Positions 13,240 to 26,130 are shown, numbered from the stretch's first letter. The stretch: DNA of 64,000 nucleotides from Lytechinus pictus (GCF_037042905.1 NC_087246.1:5148001-5212000); one strand, 5' to 3'. The notes: generated by a model from the letters alone, not told the origin. Translations and numbers: made by a program.

Positions 13240-15600
13240 AAACCATCTCATTTCCAGACAGGTCGGTAATGATTTGAATATTGGAGGAAACCAGGGCAGA
13301 AATCTTTAACATCCACTACTCTATTCCAATGCAGAACAGTCTCCAATCAGCAATGCAAACTCTCATGTTGCCTTTTTTCTTAGCAAGAGCTCTTCTTTCT
13401 GTTCTTACTGCAGCATATGATTCTGGGCCACAGATTAGCATTATCTGACAGTCTGTGAGATTTCAGTATCTATCACAAAACTAGGAGGTGGAGAAGAGCA
13501 AGTACAGACAAGGTTATTAAAAGTACCACTTACACCTACGGAAAGTAACCAGAAATATGTAATATCAGCTATTGGTCTGCCATGTATCATTGAGAATGTT
13601 TCTGAAGTCAGTATGGCATATTAGTAGTTAAAAATATATATGAGAGCAGTACACCGTAGCAGTGGGCCATTTGATCTGCTGGAAAGATATCAAAAGGAAT
13701 GGTCTGATTTGAAAATATGTGCAAATATAATAACGAGAAGAATAAGACAGTTAATTATGTTTCATAAACCATGCTATGTTTTTTTTTCCTATAGAATTAG
13801 AATTATTTTGCAAACTAGTTACAATTTGTCATCCTTGGAAGCTTATTTTGATGCCAACCTACCACATTGTGCAATAGATGGAAGAATTGCGAATGTTGGG
13901 GAGCCACTTCTGAATACACAGCACGTTCATAGCAGCATTCCTTCAAACAGACATGTCATATACATTTTTTATTGGTGTTTAAATTAGAATCAAACATGTC
14001 TTGCAGCAATTTATATTTTGTACAGGGCTCTCTCAAAAAGCAGTTTTTATGTACTGAAGAGTCCACCCTGTCTTAAGAAAACAGAAATAAATAATATTTT
14101 TTTCAATGCATGCATCTAAGAACAAATCTGCCCACTAGATTTATGCAAAAAAACTTTACATCACTATTTCTCAATTTTATCATAGAAAAACAATCATGCT
14201 TCAGCAATGGCATTCAGGAGAATTATGCCAGGAATGAAGCTCGGTGCATTTTTAACATGCTACAAATATACATAGGTAAAATCCTTTATTATGATTTTAG
14301 GAATTACAATTTTGATTAATACATACCTTTGATGTTGCACTTCTTGTAAACTGAGTAAGTCAATCATTGCATTCAGACACATTGATTATGAATCCTATCA
14401 TTTTGTCATTTCAAAATAACTATTCAAATACCTTGGCTGAATTCAGGATTTTTTTTCATTTGATAATTTTGTGCAATAGTAAATGTTGAGATACCTGCTC
14501 CATTAATAGAGTTTATACTTGTTACTAAATTCAACAGGAGAAGGACCATTCAGCTTGAATGCCGTCTTCGAAGCTGTCCTTGATGCTCAGTGTCAACAGG
14601 CCATAAGTGGAATCTTTGGTCACGAGATAAAGGCTGGTCTACCATCACAGGTTAACTAAATTTTGATTACATATGCATTTTGTTGCTTAAAAGTTTAGTG
14701 TAACTATAAACATATCTTGGGTGGGAGATAATTTGACCTATTATATTTGATGCACCAACCATTGCATCAACTCTCCATTTGAATAAGTTCTTTCTTGATT
14801 ATCAATACTAAACCTGATGTGTATGTCAAAATAGTTGTGACATTTGGTGACCAGCCAGTGCCAGCGATGGCTCAGATCGCCCTCCAGTCTACAACAGAGG
14901 AAAGTGATCAGAAGTTTCCTGATGCAGCAAAAAAAAAAAAAAAGAAGAGAACTATACGGATGACATTTGCTTCTCTGTTGACACTAAGTGAGCAGCAAAT
15001 ACTTTAACCGGTGAGATTGATAATGTCCTGGCTGCTGGTGTCTTTCAAGTAAAGGGATGGTCATCAAATAAGAAAGCCAGAGAGAATGAAGGAAAAAAGC
15101 TCCTTAAAGATATGTGATAAGATGGTGTTACGAGTTGTATGGAGGAAAAGATTGATACATTCTCCTACAAGGTATTAAAGACTGAAAGAGTTCAAGATAG
15201 CAAAACTGTACCTGGAGAACAGCTGAAAAAGGGAAAGTTTTATAGCAAATTAAGATCTTTGACCTACTTGGCTTTAAATTACTGCAGCATTTCTGGTGAA
15301 AGCCATCAAAACAGTAGAAGAGTGGGAAAATCTGTTCAAAGATATGACTTAAGTGAACGAGACAAAATTCCCAAAAAGTTCAGATCCCCTGCAACCTGCT
15401 GGAAACCCTATGATGTGTGTCTTATATGATGTGTCAGAAACTGCATTTGGTGCAGTGATCTACGTGAGATGGCAACTACATACATGTATGTCAAAGTAAA
15501 AATAAAAACTAGTGACTCAGAATTCTCTTGATCAATCGGTAATTGTTGTGATATATCCAGCAGAATGATATGGACATGATGATTAAGAGAATAAAACACT
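13240..15600 (+). mobile_element. Highly degraded BEL/Pao LTR retrotransposon fragments (protease-region, RT and RNase H pieces)
   Basis: Fragments include ISAIGLPCIIENVSEV, RSSGPFDLL, PDVYVKIVVTFGDQPVPAMAQIALQ, NYTDD, QVKGWSSN and DVSETAFGAVIYVRWQ. These resemble Pao RT (TFGDKPAP; YxDD) and RNase H (DASxxAFG) motifs, with stops and frameshifts. Confidence 0.7.
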
Positions 15601-15945
15601 GGACTGGGTTTGGGATGAGAACTGAGAACTCTGCAAAGCCCTCATCTGGGGGGAAGATGTTACAGCGAAAGTTTCATTGCAACACATATAATTTAATTTT
15701 AAAGATACCATAATGTTGTTACAACTCAAACTTTTCAATTACATAGTGGAGAAGGCACTGGATGATATGGGATTGTTTAAAAGCAGAAAAAAGGACAAGA
15801 GTCTGATAAAATCCGGTTTATAATTCAGGAGGTACTGGGAGCGATGAAACCAGTACTAGTTAAGGTAGTGAGTGTGGCCGTGGGTGCCTGAGCTACTTGA
15901 GAGTCTTCGGGCAGAGGCGGCTGCAGAGACAGATTTGCAACAGGA

Positions 15946-16420
15946 TTGAACAAAGCACAGGCCCAAGGCTGTGTCAATCGGGCAGAGATAGAGAGGTTGG
16001 AGCAATATACTCTGAGAGACAATATCAATATCTACAGTATACCAGAAACACAGGATGAAGACACCTCACAGGTTGTTGTAAACCTTGCCAAGGAGCTGGG
16101 AGCTGAAGTTTCCAATACAGATCTCAGTACTTGTCAAATTTGTCATCGTCTGGGAAGTACAGCTTCTGGGAAGGTGCGACTCATCATTGCAAGATTCAGT
16201 CATAGGGATGCTAAGGTTGCTGTTATGAGGAAGAAAGAGCTGAAGAAGACCACCTCAAGCATGTCATCTTCATAGCTGGTTGGTGCATGCAATGAAGCAA
16301 GACACCAATATTGTTCGTGTGTGGAGTCTGTGGACAGTGGATAGTAAGAGTCATTACCTTATGAAGAGAGGAGCAAGAGAGAAGATGATGCTGGATTCCA
16401 TTGATGACTTACTCCGTCTT
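15946..16420 (+). mobile_element. Degenerate non-LTR retrotransposon ORF1 fragment (L1-transposase/RRM-type)
   Basis: RLEQYTLRDNINIYSIPE...DLSTC..HRLG...IIARFSHRDAK matches the LEQYSRRNNxxIxGIPE...HRLG...IIxRF ORF1 pattern. Confidence 0.65.
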
Positions 16421-18803
16421 GGATAACCAAGCACAAGGTATGGAGTTTTCTGTCTTGTGTCACAAAGGGTTAGTGATACATGCCAACATGATTGGAATAA
16501 CGATGTTAATACAAACTTTCAATGTATTGTTTATCAAATATAAAAGCAAATGTTAGTGTTTGAAGATTACTTGGTTTCTCTAAATCCATGTGATAGGAAG
16601 AATTTTTATCGTTTAGATGTTAGAATAATAAGCTACCTAGTGATGGGATTTATGTGAATATACCTTGTGGTTAATGAATATTGCTCCCTGTTTTTGTATT
16701 GCATTTACTTTCTTATTCTTGCCAGTTTGTATCATATTTTGTTTTACTCATATACCCCAGGAGGTTGATTGAGTTAATAAACTTAACTAAACTAAACTAA
16801 TCAACATTAATTTATCATTGTGGATCTCAAAGCTGCTTTGAATGATGTATCTGTCATGTCTAACCAAACTTGTGGATGAAACACTCCCAACATTTGGAAA
16901 GGGAAGAAAAGGGATGAAAGGAAACAGCTATGATAGCCTTAGAAATTAACAAAGCTTGCTCTCCTGTGATATTGGGGAAAAAAGAATGTTTAAATTTGGA
17001 GAGATGTCATGTATGATTTACAGAATTTTTGTATTTTCCATTGAGAAAACAGAATTAAAACATCTGCATCACTTCCTAGAGGCCAGCTGAGTTATTGTAC
17101 TTATGCAATCTCAAATTATAATTCTAGCTGGAATGGATAAAAATAGAAGACATAAATACAAAGTATAATTCTTTATAATGTCCTACATATTTAATCACAA
17201 ATATGTGTATTGCTTTTCATATCAATAGGCAATTAGGCATTAATGTATTGCATGGTTAAAAACTTGAACAATGTTCTGCAGACATACCAGCACAGGTAGA
17301 TTTGGGTTTTTTTTAGAACTCTGGTATGGCACTGAGTTCTGGAGTACAGAAAGAAACAGTTGATCAAAAGGTAAATGCTACATCATCTGACGCGATATAA
17401 AACATGAAACGAGGCTCTACAAGACCTTGAAAAAGCACAGTGCTCGGGTCTAGGACTGTCATCATTTATAGGATCCAAGATAGCCCTGCAAGTTCTCAAC
17501 AGATCATACGTATAAAAACATTACATTTTAATATGCAGATGAGGAATTGTACCAGAGTCATGTATTCCTCCTGTTCAGGGGCAGTTTTTTTTTTTTTTTT
17601 TTAAGATCTCAAATGGGAATTCTGCTTTGTCACAGAATCTGTACACTGCAAAAACATAATTTGTAAAGTTAAACTCAATTAATTTTTGCATGAAAAGAAT
17701 CTAAATAAGATGTCACTTTGTTTATTTCAGTAAAAATTCACTATCACTTCTTTACGTAATATGAATGTACAGTACTCTAATTAAACACTTTTATTTTCAT
17801 TCCAGTACTTGTTCCATGCTCATTTTTGTCTTGTTAATTAAAATAAATAGTTCCCCAAAGTCGATGCTTCTACATTGTTCTTAATGCTACATGTATTATT
17901 TCAGTGTGTGTGAAGAGGGATTGTTTCAAATGAAATATCATCCTACTTGATGTCATCTTTTTGAAGGAAACAATACATATACACTGAGAGAAGAGAAAGT
18001 GTGATCTTAAGGGATGAAAGAAGTGGGGAATTAATCATTTTGATACTTTTACTTATATTCTCTCTATTTCTCTTTTTTTGCTATAGGTGTCTGTTCTGTG
18101 GAAGGAAATTCAGGACTCACTGTTGATGACTGCTTAGCAAAGAGAGTTGGCTTGCTCCAGTCGAAGGGAAAATATGCGGAGCAGTACCACTATTTGAAGT
18201 CAAAAGGGGAGACCACGTTAAAACCAGTAAGTGCTATGGACGATCGTGAGGCTCGATTTGGCATGATGGATGCTTCGACCTACATCCATCATACACCAGT
18301 TAAGCCTGATATAGTTTGAGGACAGTTTGGTGGCAGTAATTATGAGCCTCAGCTGATAGGACCTGTGGAAGTCCTTGAGTTTGCAGAGCCAAATTGTGTG
18401 GCGGTGGCATGGAGCTACTGGGCAGCAGTTGCCAAAACTGGACTGGACGCCACCATTGAAAAAAAACCTGCATGAAAATGAATTGTCTGAGGAGATAATA
18501 ATTCATACAACGCTAGAAGATGGAGCCGATAGAATGGACGACATTGACGTACATAGAGGCTCCTCCGACACCTATCTGCCTGATAAAGTGTTCAGAGCTT
18601 CTTTTGTCATTTTAAAGTCAGAAGCCATAGCAGATGATGGCTCGCGGATCATCTTATTCGAGGAGGAGAGAGCAAGTAAACCGTCCAATTCTGGAGGCCA
18701 TAGGGGATGAAAATCAACCGTCTACTTCTGCTCAGCTCCTAAGAAGGATAAAGTGGGAGCGGAAGATGATGCAAGGAAAGACCACGTAGATATACACTGC
18801 CTC

Positions 18804-20504
18804 TGTACATGTTATGCAGTAATGAGGGTCCTCTTTTTAAACGTAGGAAAGTATGAAGAAAGTTAAACTTTATGCAAGCTTTTAACATTGGGAAGACGTG
18901 CGTGTGTGTGTGTGTGTATGTGTGAGTCAGTGGCGTAACTACGGGGGGGCATGGGGGGGCACGTGCCCCCCCAATCGGCTGGCCAAAAAAAAAAAAAAAA
19001 ACAGGTAAAAGGAGAAAAAGAGGGAGAAAGGGAAAGAAACGTAGTGGGGAAAGAAGAAATTATTGTTAATTATAATGTTATATTATGTTATAATTATGTT
19101 ATGTTATATTACATTAAAACAAAATTATAACTTTATGAAACATAATTTGCGCAGGGCCTATGTCTTCATTGTTCCTGGTGCTCGCATTGTATGTTTAACA
19201 AGATATATAATCCTGTTGTACTAAAACCTCCCGTTTTCAAGTCAATATACACCAAATATATTTCCTCGCACTTCGAATTATTATTGTTTATGTAGTGACA
19301 TATGCTTCTATTTCATGACTACTTAAAGTGATTGCCCCATTTTAAGGACTTAATATAAACCATTTCCTGTCCGTGCTTACGTTCGCATTCGTGGATTGGT
19401 GAGATATGTCTGTTCTTCATGAATTCCCAAAATCAGTCGTTAAAATGTCCCTTTTTCTGATCTGAATATCAAAAATTTTCAGCTTGCGCTTCGCGCTCGC
19501 ATCATTTGGTTAGTGAGATGCGTATATGATAATGACTACAAAAAGTGCTTCATGTGTCATTTACATGTAATTCTAACAAGATCAGCATGCATTTGGCACT
19601 CGCATTAGATGACTATGGTGAGATATGTACTCTTAATGGATTCCTTAAAAAAATAGTACTTATATCCCTGTTTTGGGTCAATGATATGCAAAAATTTATG
19701 CTTGCGCTTCGCGCTCACATATTTTTGTTAGTGAAATACGTATGATCTTCGTGAATTCCTACAAACAAGCCTTAAAATGTCTCTCTTCAGGACTGAATTT
19801 CCTAAATTTTCAGCTCGCGCTTCGCGCTCGCAATATTTGATTAGTGATCTGCGTATGTTAACCATGATTACAATGATTACAAAAAGTGCTTCATGTGTTT
19901 AGATGTATATTATTCTAACAAAATCAGCAAGAGATTGGCACTCACAATAGATGACTATGGTGAGATATGTATACTCTTAATGGATTCCTAAAATATAGTC
20001 CTTAAAATGTCCCTGTTTGGGGTCAATATATACAAATATTTCAGCTCGCGCTTCGCGCTCGCATGGTTTGTTTAGCGAGACAGGTATGTATTATGATTAC
20101 AAGAATTTGCTTATAATGTCCTTTTTAGGTCTGAATTTCAAAAAAAAATTATTATTATTATTATGTGATCAGTGAGATACATATCCGTTTAATGACACTG
20201 TCCTAAAAATGTCTCTATTATGTCAGTATACCTGGCAACTGAGCGCACTTCGCGCGCTCTTTAAGTGACTCAAAATTTTTGCTGGTGCCCCCCCAATGCC
20301 GTGACCCACGGTACGCCACTGGTGTGAGTGGTATGGTGTGAGGATGGATGTTTGTGGCTGATTATTAAGTTAATTTGAGATAATTTAGCTTGTTAATGTC
20401 AATGTGTTTAAATTGTCTTGAACTTATTGTCAGCCTATATTGTTTGCAACTGTTATTTTATGAAAACCAATAAAAACAGAAAAAAAAAGAAAAAAAAAGA
20501 AGAA
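18804..20504 (+). mobile_element. 5'-truncated non-LTR retroelement tail inserted into RAG1-like copy 1
   Basis: Perfect 16-bp target duplication agatatacactgcctc (18788-18803 and 20505-20520), with AATAAA and an A-rich tail at the 3' end. The empty site is seen in copy 2. Confidence 0.85.
18928..20321. mobile_element. Non-autonomous hAT-type element with internal ~240-bp repeats, nested in the retroelement tail
   Basis: TIR cagtggcgta / tacgccactg; perfect 8-bp TSD gtgtgagt (18920-18927, 20322-20329); recurring cagctcgcgcttcgcgctcgc units. Confidence 0.85.
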
Positions 20505-21740
20505 AGATATACACTGCCTCGTCAACAAGCTCCTACAAGCTTAAGATCTATAACAGCATGATCAACGAAAACTGGATCACGCTGACGGAGGGCTGCAAGG
20601 CAGCGGCTCGCATTACCTATGCACCTTCTGTCACGAAACACGAGAGACTGCCAAGACACATATTGGCACCTTCTGCATCGACAGAAGTTTCCAAGAAATC
20701 GCAGACATGGGCCGGTATGTGGAGGTGAATCCTGACAAACTGTCATCATCAGACCTGGCTGAGAAGGCAAAGGGTGTACAGCGGAAACCAGTCCTTCTCT
20801 CCGACCCAAGGATGGAGCTGGTTGTTGCAACCCACGTCGGCATAAACCTCGGCCAGTACTTCAAAAAGTTAATAATCAGAGAAATTGCTGGAGTGCAGGT
20901 GTGGGATGCCGGCAATGATGTCAAGGAGTATATTGAGGACGCCGAGAAGCACCTTCATGATCAAGTGCGAGCCACCATCGGTCTAGCTCCAATCTTGAAG
21001 ATGCCAGGAAATTACGCGAGGGCTCTCTTTGCCGCTAGCAATGAATCAACCTTTCTCGAGCTCATCCCCAACCAAGACAGAAGGAGTCATCTTCAGTCAG
21101 TTCTAAGAGATTTCTGCTTTTTAAGGAGGATTTATAGGGAGAGAAACCAGAAGCTGAAGAATTTACAAATTACAAGTCTACGGCTGTCAATATGGGGAAG
21201 AAACTCATTGATAATTTCAGTACTATGTTTCCTGGCCGAACTACATTATCTCCATAAAATGATTGAGCATGTGCAAGAAGTACTAAAGGATCCACAAGGT
21301 CCTGGCAGCATTGGTTTACTCAGTGGAGAAGGAAATGAAGCTGCCAACAAGCTTTTCAGACATCTTAGGAAACATGCAGCAAGGAGAGGAGTTATGACGG
21401 ACTGAGAAACATGCTATGGATGCACTGGCTGTTTACAAGTCTGAAACTGCAAAGCTTGAGAGCAGCAAGTTTGGTACAGCACAGATACCATTGCTCAAAG
21501 TGTGGGGCAGAAGGACACAGTAAGACAACTTGCACTTCTTCCAGTGCAAGCGAGTGATTATTAGTGCATGTTGTTCTCTAGAACATCACCGACCATCTTC
21601 CCGTACATTATGGATTCCCATATAGACTTCATGTATTTGATTATAAAATTTACCTATCTGATTTTAGATCATGTCTTTAAAACGCATCATGTGTTGTTTG
21701 AAATAATCTTTCAACTTATTGGACATTGAATTCAAACTTA

Positions 21741-22320
21741 ACAAGAGCGTCGCTAAGGTGAGCACATAATACGCCCGCCTGTATGCGGAAAATGGGAGTT
21801 ATTGGTCAAGCAAGAAAAGTGGAAGGTGGCAACTTCACCTTTGACTGTCTGACCTCAACATCAATAGAATTCCTGAGATCTATGCTAGTATCATACACAC
21901 CAAATTATATGAGCCTATAGGTTAAGTTAAACTAAACAAGGACTACAGAAGGGTATTAAAGATGAAAACATGTCACTGTGACCTTGACCTTTGACCTCAA
22001 AATCAATAGGCTTTCTGGGATCCATGCTAGAAAAAAAATTATATGAGCGTAGGTTAAGTTAAAATAAAGTTATCACGTTTACAAGGACTTCAGAAGGGTA
22101 ACATGAAAACATGTCACTGTGATCTTGACCTTTGGACCTCAAAATGAATAGGGTTCCTGGGATCTATGCTAGTATCATACACACCAAATTATATGAGCCT
22201 ATGTTAAGTTAAAATTAAGTTATTGCATTTACAAAGACTCCAGAAGTGTAAGATGAAAACGTGTCACTGTGATCTTGACCTTTGGACCTCAAAATCAATA
22301 GGCTTCCTGGGATCCATGCT
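21741..22320 (+). mobile_element. Helitron/Helentron-associated interspersed element (HINE-like), truncated; duplicated with RAG1-like
   Basis: acaagagcg start and ~120-bp gaccttgacctttgacctcaaaatcaatagg core repeats. The complete sibling is at 24221-24944. Confidence 0.6.
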
Positions 22321-22762
22321 ACATGTACAGACCTCCCAACATTTCAAAAAAATAAATCCTAAAATAATTGCAACTGTACGAGGGAGCATAGCGTCAGAGC
22401 AGTAAGGGCATTTTTTTTTTCAATTTTGGCCCCCAAATGGTTCAATCTGGTGCATACACTTGCATAAAATATATGCGTTTCTTATACAAGCAGGTTTCTC
22501 ATGTATATCCTTACCTTGAACTAGTAAACAAAACCAAATTGAAAAAAGGTGAAAAGAGTAGAGCATGCATTAAAAAAAAAATTAATGAGAGAATTAATTG
22601 GAAAGACACTTTGTAAATCTTTTTCTGTTACAAAGTCAAAGCAAAAATGTCGATCTAATGACAATCTAGTATTCAAATCATTCAGATATTAATTTTGATT
22701 AGGCCTACCATAAAAATAGTTTGCAGCCATATACTAATAAAATCAATTCGCAGATAGTTCTA

Positions 22763-24037
22763 GACACCTATCTGCCTGATAAAGCGTTCAGAGCTTCTTT
22801 TGTCATTTTAAAGTCAGAAGCCATAGCAGATGATGGCCCGCGGATCATCTTGTTCAAGGAGGGGAGAGCAAGTAAACCGTCCAATTCTGGGGGCCATAGG
22901 GGATGAAAATCATCCGTCTACTTCTGCTCAGCTCCTCAGAAGGATAAAGTGGGAGCGGAAGATGATGCAAGGAAAGACCATGAAGATATACACTGCCTCG
23001 TCAACAAGCTCCTACAAGCTTAAGATCTATAACAGCATGATCAACGAAAACTGGATCACGCTGACGGAGGGCTGCAAGGCAGCGGCTCGCATTACCTATG
23101 CACCTTCTGTCACGCAACACGAGAGACTGCCGAGACACATATTGGCACCTTTTGCATCGACAGAAGTTTCCAAGAAATCGCAGACATGGGCCGGTATGTG
23201 GAGGTGAATCCTGACAAACTGTCATCATCGGACCTGGCTGAGAAGGCAAAGGGTGTACAGCGGAAACCAGTCCTTCTCTCCGACCCAAGGATGAAGCTGG
23301 TTGTTGCAACCCACGTCGACATAAACCTCGGCCAGTACTTCAAAAAGTTAATAATCAGAGAAATCGCTGGAGTGCAGGTGTGGGATGCCGGCAATGATGT
23401 CAAGGAGTATATTGAGGACGCCGAGAAGCGCCTTCATGATCAAGTGCGAGCCACCATCGGTCTAGCTCCAATCTTGAAGATGCCAGGAAATTACGCGAGG
23501 GCTCTCTTTGACGCTAGCAATGAATCAACCTTTCTCGAGCTCATCCCCAACCAAGACAGAAAGAGTAATCTTCAGTCAGTTCTAAGAGATTTCTGCTTTT
23601 TAAGGAGGATTTATAGGGAGAGAAACCAGAAGCTGAAGAAGGTACAAATTACAAGTCTACGGCTGTCAATATGGGGAAGAAACTCATTGATAATTTCAGT
23701 ACTATGTTTCCTGGCCGAACTACATGTATCTCCATAAAATGATTGAGCATGTGCAAGAAGTACTGGAGGATCCACAAGGTCCTGGCAGCATTGGTTCACT
23801 CAGTGGAGAAGGAAATGAAGCTGCCAACAAGCTTTTCAGACATCTTAGGAAACATGCAGCATGGAGAGGAGTTATGACGGACTGAGAAACATGCTATGGA
23901 TGCACTGGCTGTTTACAAGTCCGAAACTGCAAAGCTTGAGAGCAGCAAGTTTGGTACAGCACAGATACCATTGCTCAAAGTGTGGGGCAGAAGGACACAG
24001 TAAGACAACTTGCACTTCTTCCAGTGCAAGCGAATGA
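22763..24037 (+). pseudogene. RAG1-like pseudogene, copy 2 (partial tandem duplicate, no insertion)
   Basis: Closely similar to 18567-18803 plus 20521-21557, sharing the same frameshifts. Ends in CSKCGAEGHSKTTCTSSSASE*. Confidence 0.9.
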
Positions 24038-24220
24038 TTATTAGTGCATTTTGTTCTCTAGAACATCACCGACCATCTTCCCGTACATTACGGATTCCCT
24101 TATAGACTTCATGTATTTGATTATAAAATTTACCAATCTGATTTTAGATCATGTCTTTAAAACGCATCATGTGTTCTTTGAAATAATTTTTCAACTTATT
24201 GGACATTGAATTCAAACTTT

Positions 24221-24944
24221 ACAAGAGCGTTGCTAAGGTGAACACATAATACGCCCGCCTGTAAAGCGGAAAATGGGAGTTATTGGTCAAGCAAGAAAAG
24301 TGGAAGGTGGCAACTTCACCTATGACTGTCTGACCTCAACATCAATAGAATTCCTGAGATCTATGCAAGTATCATACACACCAAATTATATGAGCCTATA
24401 GGTTAAGTTAAACTAAACAAGGACTACAGAAGGGTATTAAAGATGAAAACATGTCACTGTGACCTTGACCTTTGACCTCAAAATCAATAGGCTTTCTGGG
24501 ATCCATGCTAGAAAAAAAAAATTATATGAGCCTAGGTTAAGTTAAACTAAAGTTATCACGTTTACAAGGACTTCAGAAGGGTAAGATAAAACATGTCACT
24601 GTGATCTTGACCTTTGACCTTTTGACCTCAAAATGAATAGAGATCCTGGGATCTATGTTAGTATCATACACACCAAATTATATGAGCCTATGTTAAGTTA
24701 AAATTAAGTTATTTCATTTACAAAGACTTCAGAAGTGTAAGATGAAAACGTGTCACTGTGATCTTGATCTTTGGACCTCAAAATCAATAGGCTTCCTGGG
24801 ATCCATTCTAGTATCATACGCACCAAATTATATGAGCCTACGTTAAGTTAAACTGAAGTTATTGCGTTTACAAGAAAAGTTAACGGACGGACGGACACCG
24901 AGCCTGATACCATAATACGTCCCGTCGAGACAGGCGTATAAAAA
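24221..24944 (+). mobile_element. HINE-like element, complete
   Basis: acaag start, core tandem repeats, (ggac)n microsatellite, and a 3' hairpin tacgtcccgtcgagacaggcgta followed by an A-run. Confidence 0.65.
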
Positions 24945-26130
24945 AGCGTTATTAAGTATATTGTATTAATTCTTTAAACAAGCTATATTTTAAGTGGGAA
25001 TAAGGCACAATATAACCTTAAAGAAACATGTTACGAGTATAAAGAGTATAATGATTTTATCCATAAACTATTCAAAACAAGCTGGATAATAATGTGTGGT
25101 AATATGTTGGGTATCAGTAAGGACATGATCAATATTCAATTTATCATGGCGGATCTCGAAGCTGCTTTGAATGATGTATCTACCATGTCTAACTTGTGGA
25201 TAAAACACTCCCAATATTTGGAAAGGGAAGGACAACAGGAAGCTATACTAGCCTTAGAAATTCACTATAGAATCAAAACTTGCTCTTCAATTGTAAAGGG
25301 AAAAACAATGGTGATTATTTGCAATTTCAATCAAGTTTTATCAAGTAAAATGACTCTGTGAGATGTTATTTTTGAATTTACAGAATGTTGGTACTTTCCA
25401 TCAAGAAAAGGAAGTTAAAACATTTACATCACTTCTTTGGATATTTGGAGGCCAGCTGAATCATTGTGCAATGTCATGTTTCCTCCTATTATATAATAGT
25501 CTAATAATAACAGGGAGGGGTCAAATTGACCCCCCTCAACAAATTTTGTGACTTTGTCACTGCACACTTTTTTTATCTCGTTGCTTGATGACTCTTAAAT
25601 AAACTCATCTTTGTGAAATCATGAAACCTTAGCTGAGAGTCAATAATTCTGATGATCACTAACACATAAAGGCATATATGAGACAGTAAATTAATATCGT
25701 ATGGAAAAAATACTGACATTTTATGGAATTCTGTGATTATTTGGCTCATTTCTCAGCAATTACACACTTTTTTTCCAGAGCCATTTGGCACATATGTTTT
25801 ATTCATACAAACAAACACTTAGTTAATTAACTATAAATGGATTTATTTTATACTTTTTATGATTGGAAAAGAGACCCTGACAAAATTCATTAAAAATAAC
25901 AATGAAAAACAGAAGTTTGAAAAAGAAATTAATGCAAAAGAAATTTGTGAAACAATAAAATACAAAAGAAATTAATTATGTTTTAGCAAATTTTAAAATT
26001 TTCAAAAATACATTACATCCAGCTCCACGTGCGTGTAAGTTTTCGCAGCGATACTGCAATTGAAAGATATCTGAAAGAAGGGGGGAAAAACTGATCCCCC
26101 AATAAAAACCTGGTCGGAAATAGCCCTGTA

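Larger units (their letters stand above)
18087..21557 (+). pseudogene. RAG1-like (RAGL/Transib-superfamily) recombinase/transposase pseudogene, copy 1, interrupted by a nested insertion
   Basis: Begins at a polypyrimidine/AG acceptor (18086). Frame-corrected blocks are colinear with the RAG1 core: GLTVDDCLAKRV (GLQPAVCLAIRV), EDGADRMDD...LPDKVFRASF (ESCDGMGD...VPEKAVRFSF), GLQGSGSHYLCTFC (GLEASGSVYICTLC), KAKGVQRKP, APILKMPGNYAR (KPIMRMNGNFAR), YLHKMIEH, GSIGLLSGEGNEAANKLFR, HWLFTS, then CSKCGAEGHSKTTC*. Several frameshifts and stops. Confidence 0.9.

Noticed and set aside
14538..14650. AG/GT-bounded open segment (EGPFSLNAVFEAVLDAQ...)
   Set aside because: No recognisable homology or partner exons; it cannot be tied to RAG1-like or PPP4C.
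17436..17475. Perfect RSS heptamer CACAGTG upstream of the RAG1-like gene as a possible TIR/RSS
   Set aside because: There is no nonamer at 12- or 23-bp spacing, and I found no matching inverted end downstream. A 7-mer is expected by chance (another lies inside the Tc1 ORF).
20522..20924. Minus-strand ORFs of ~100 aa (also 23001-23403)
   Set aside because: These are antisense shadows of the RAG1-like coding sequence.
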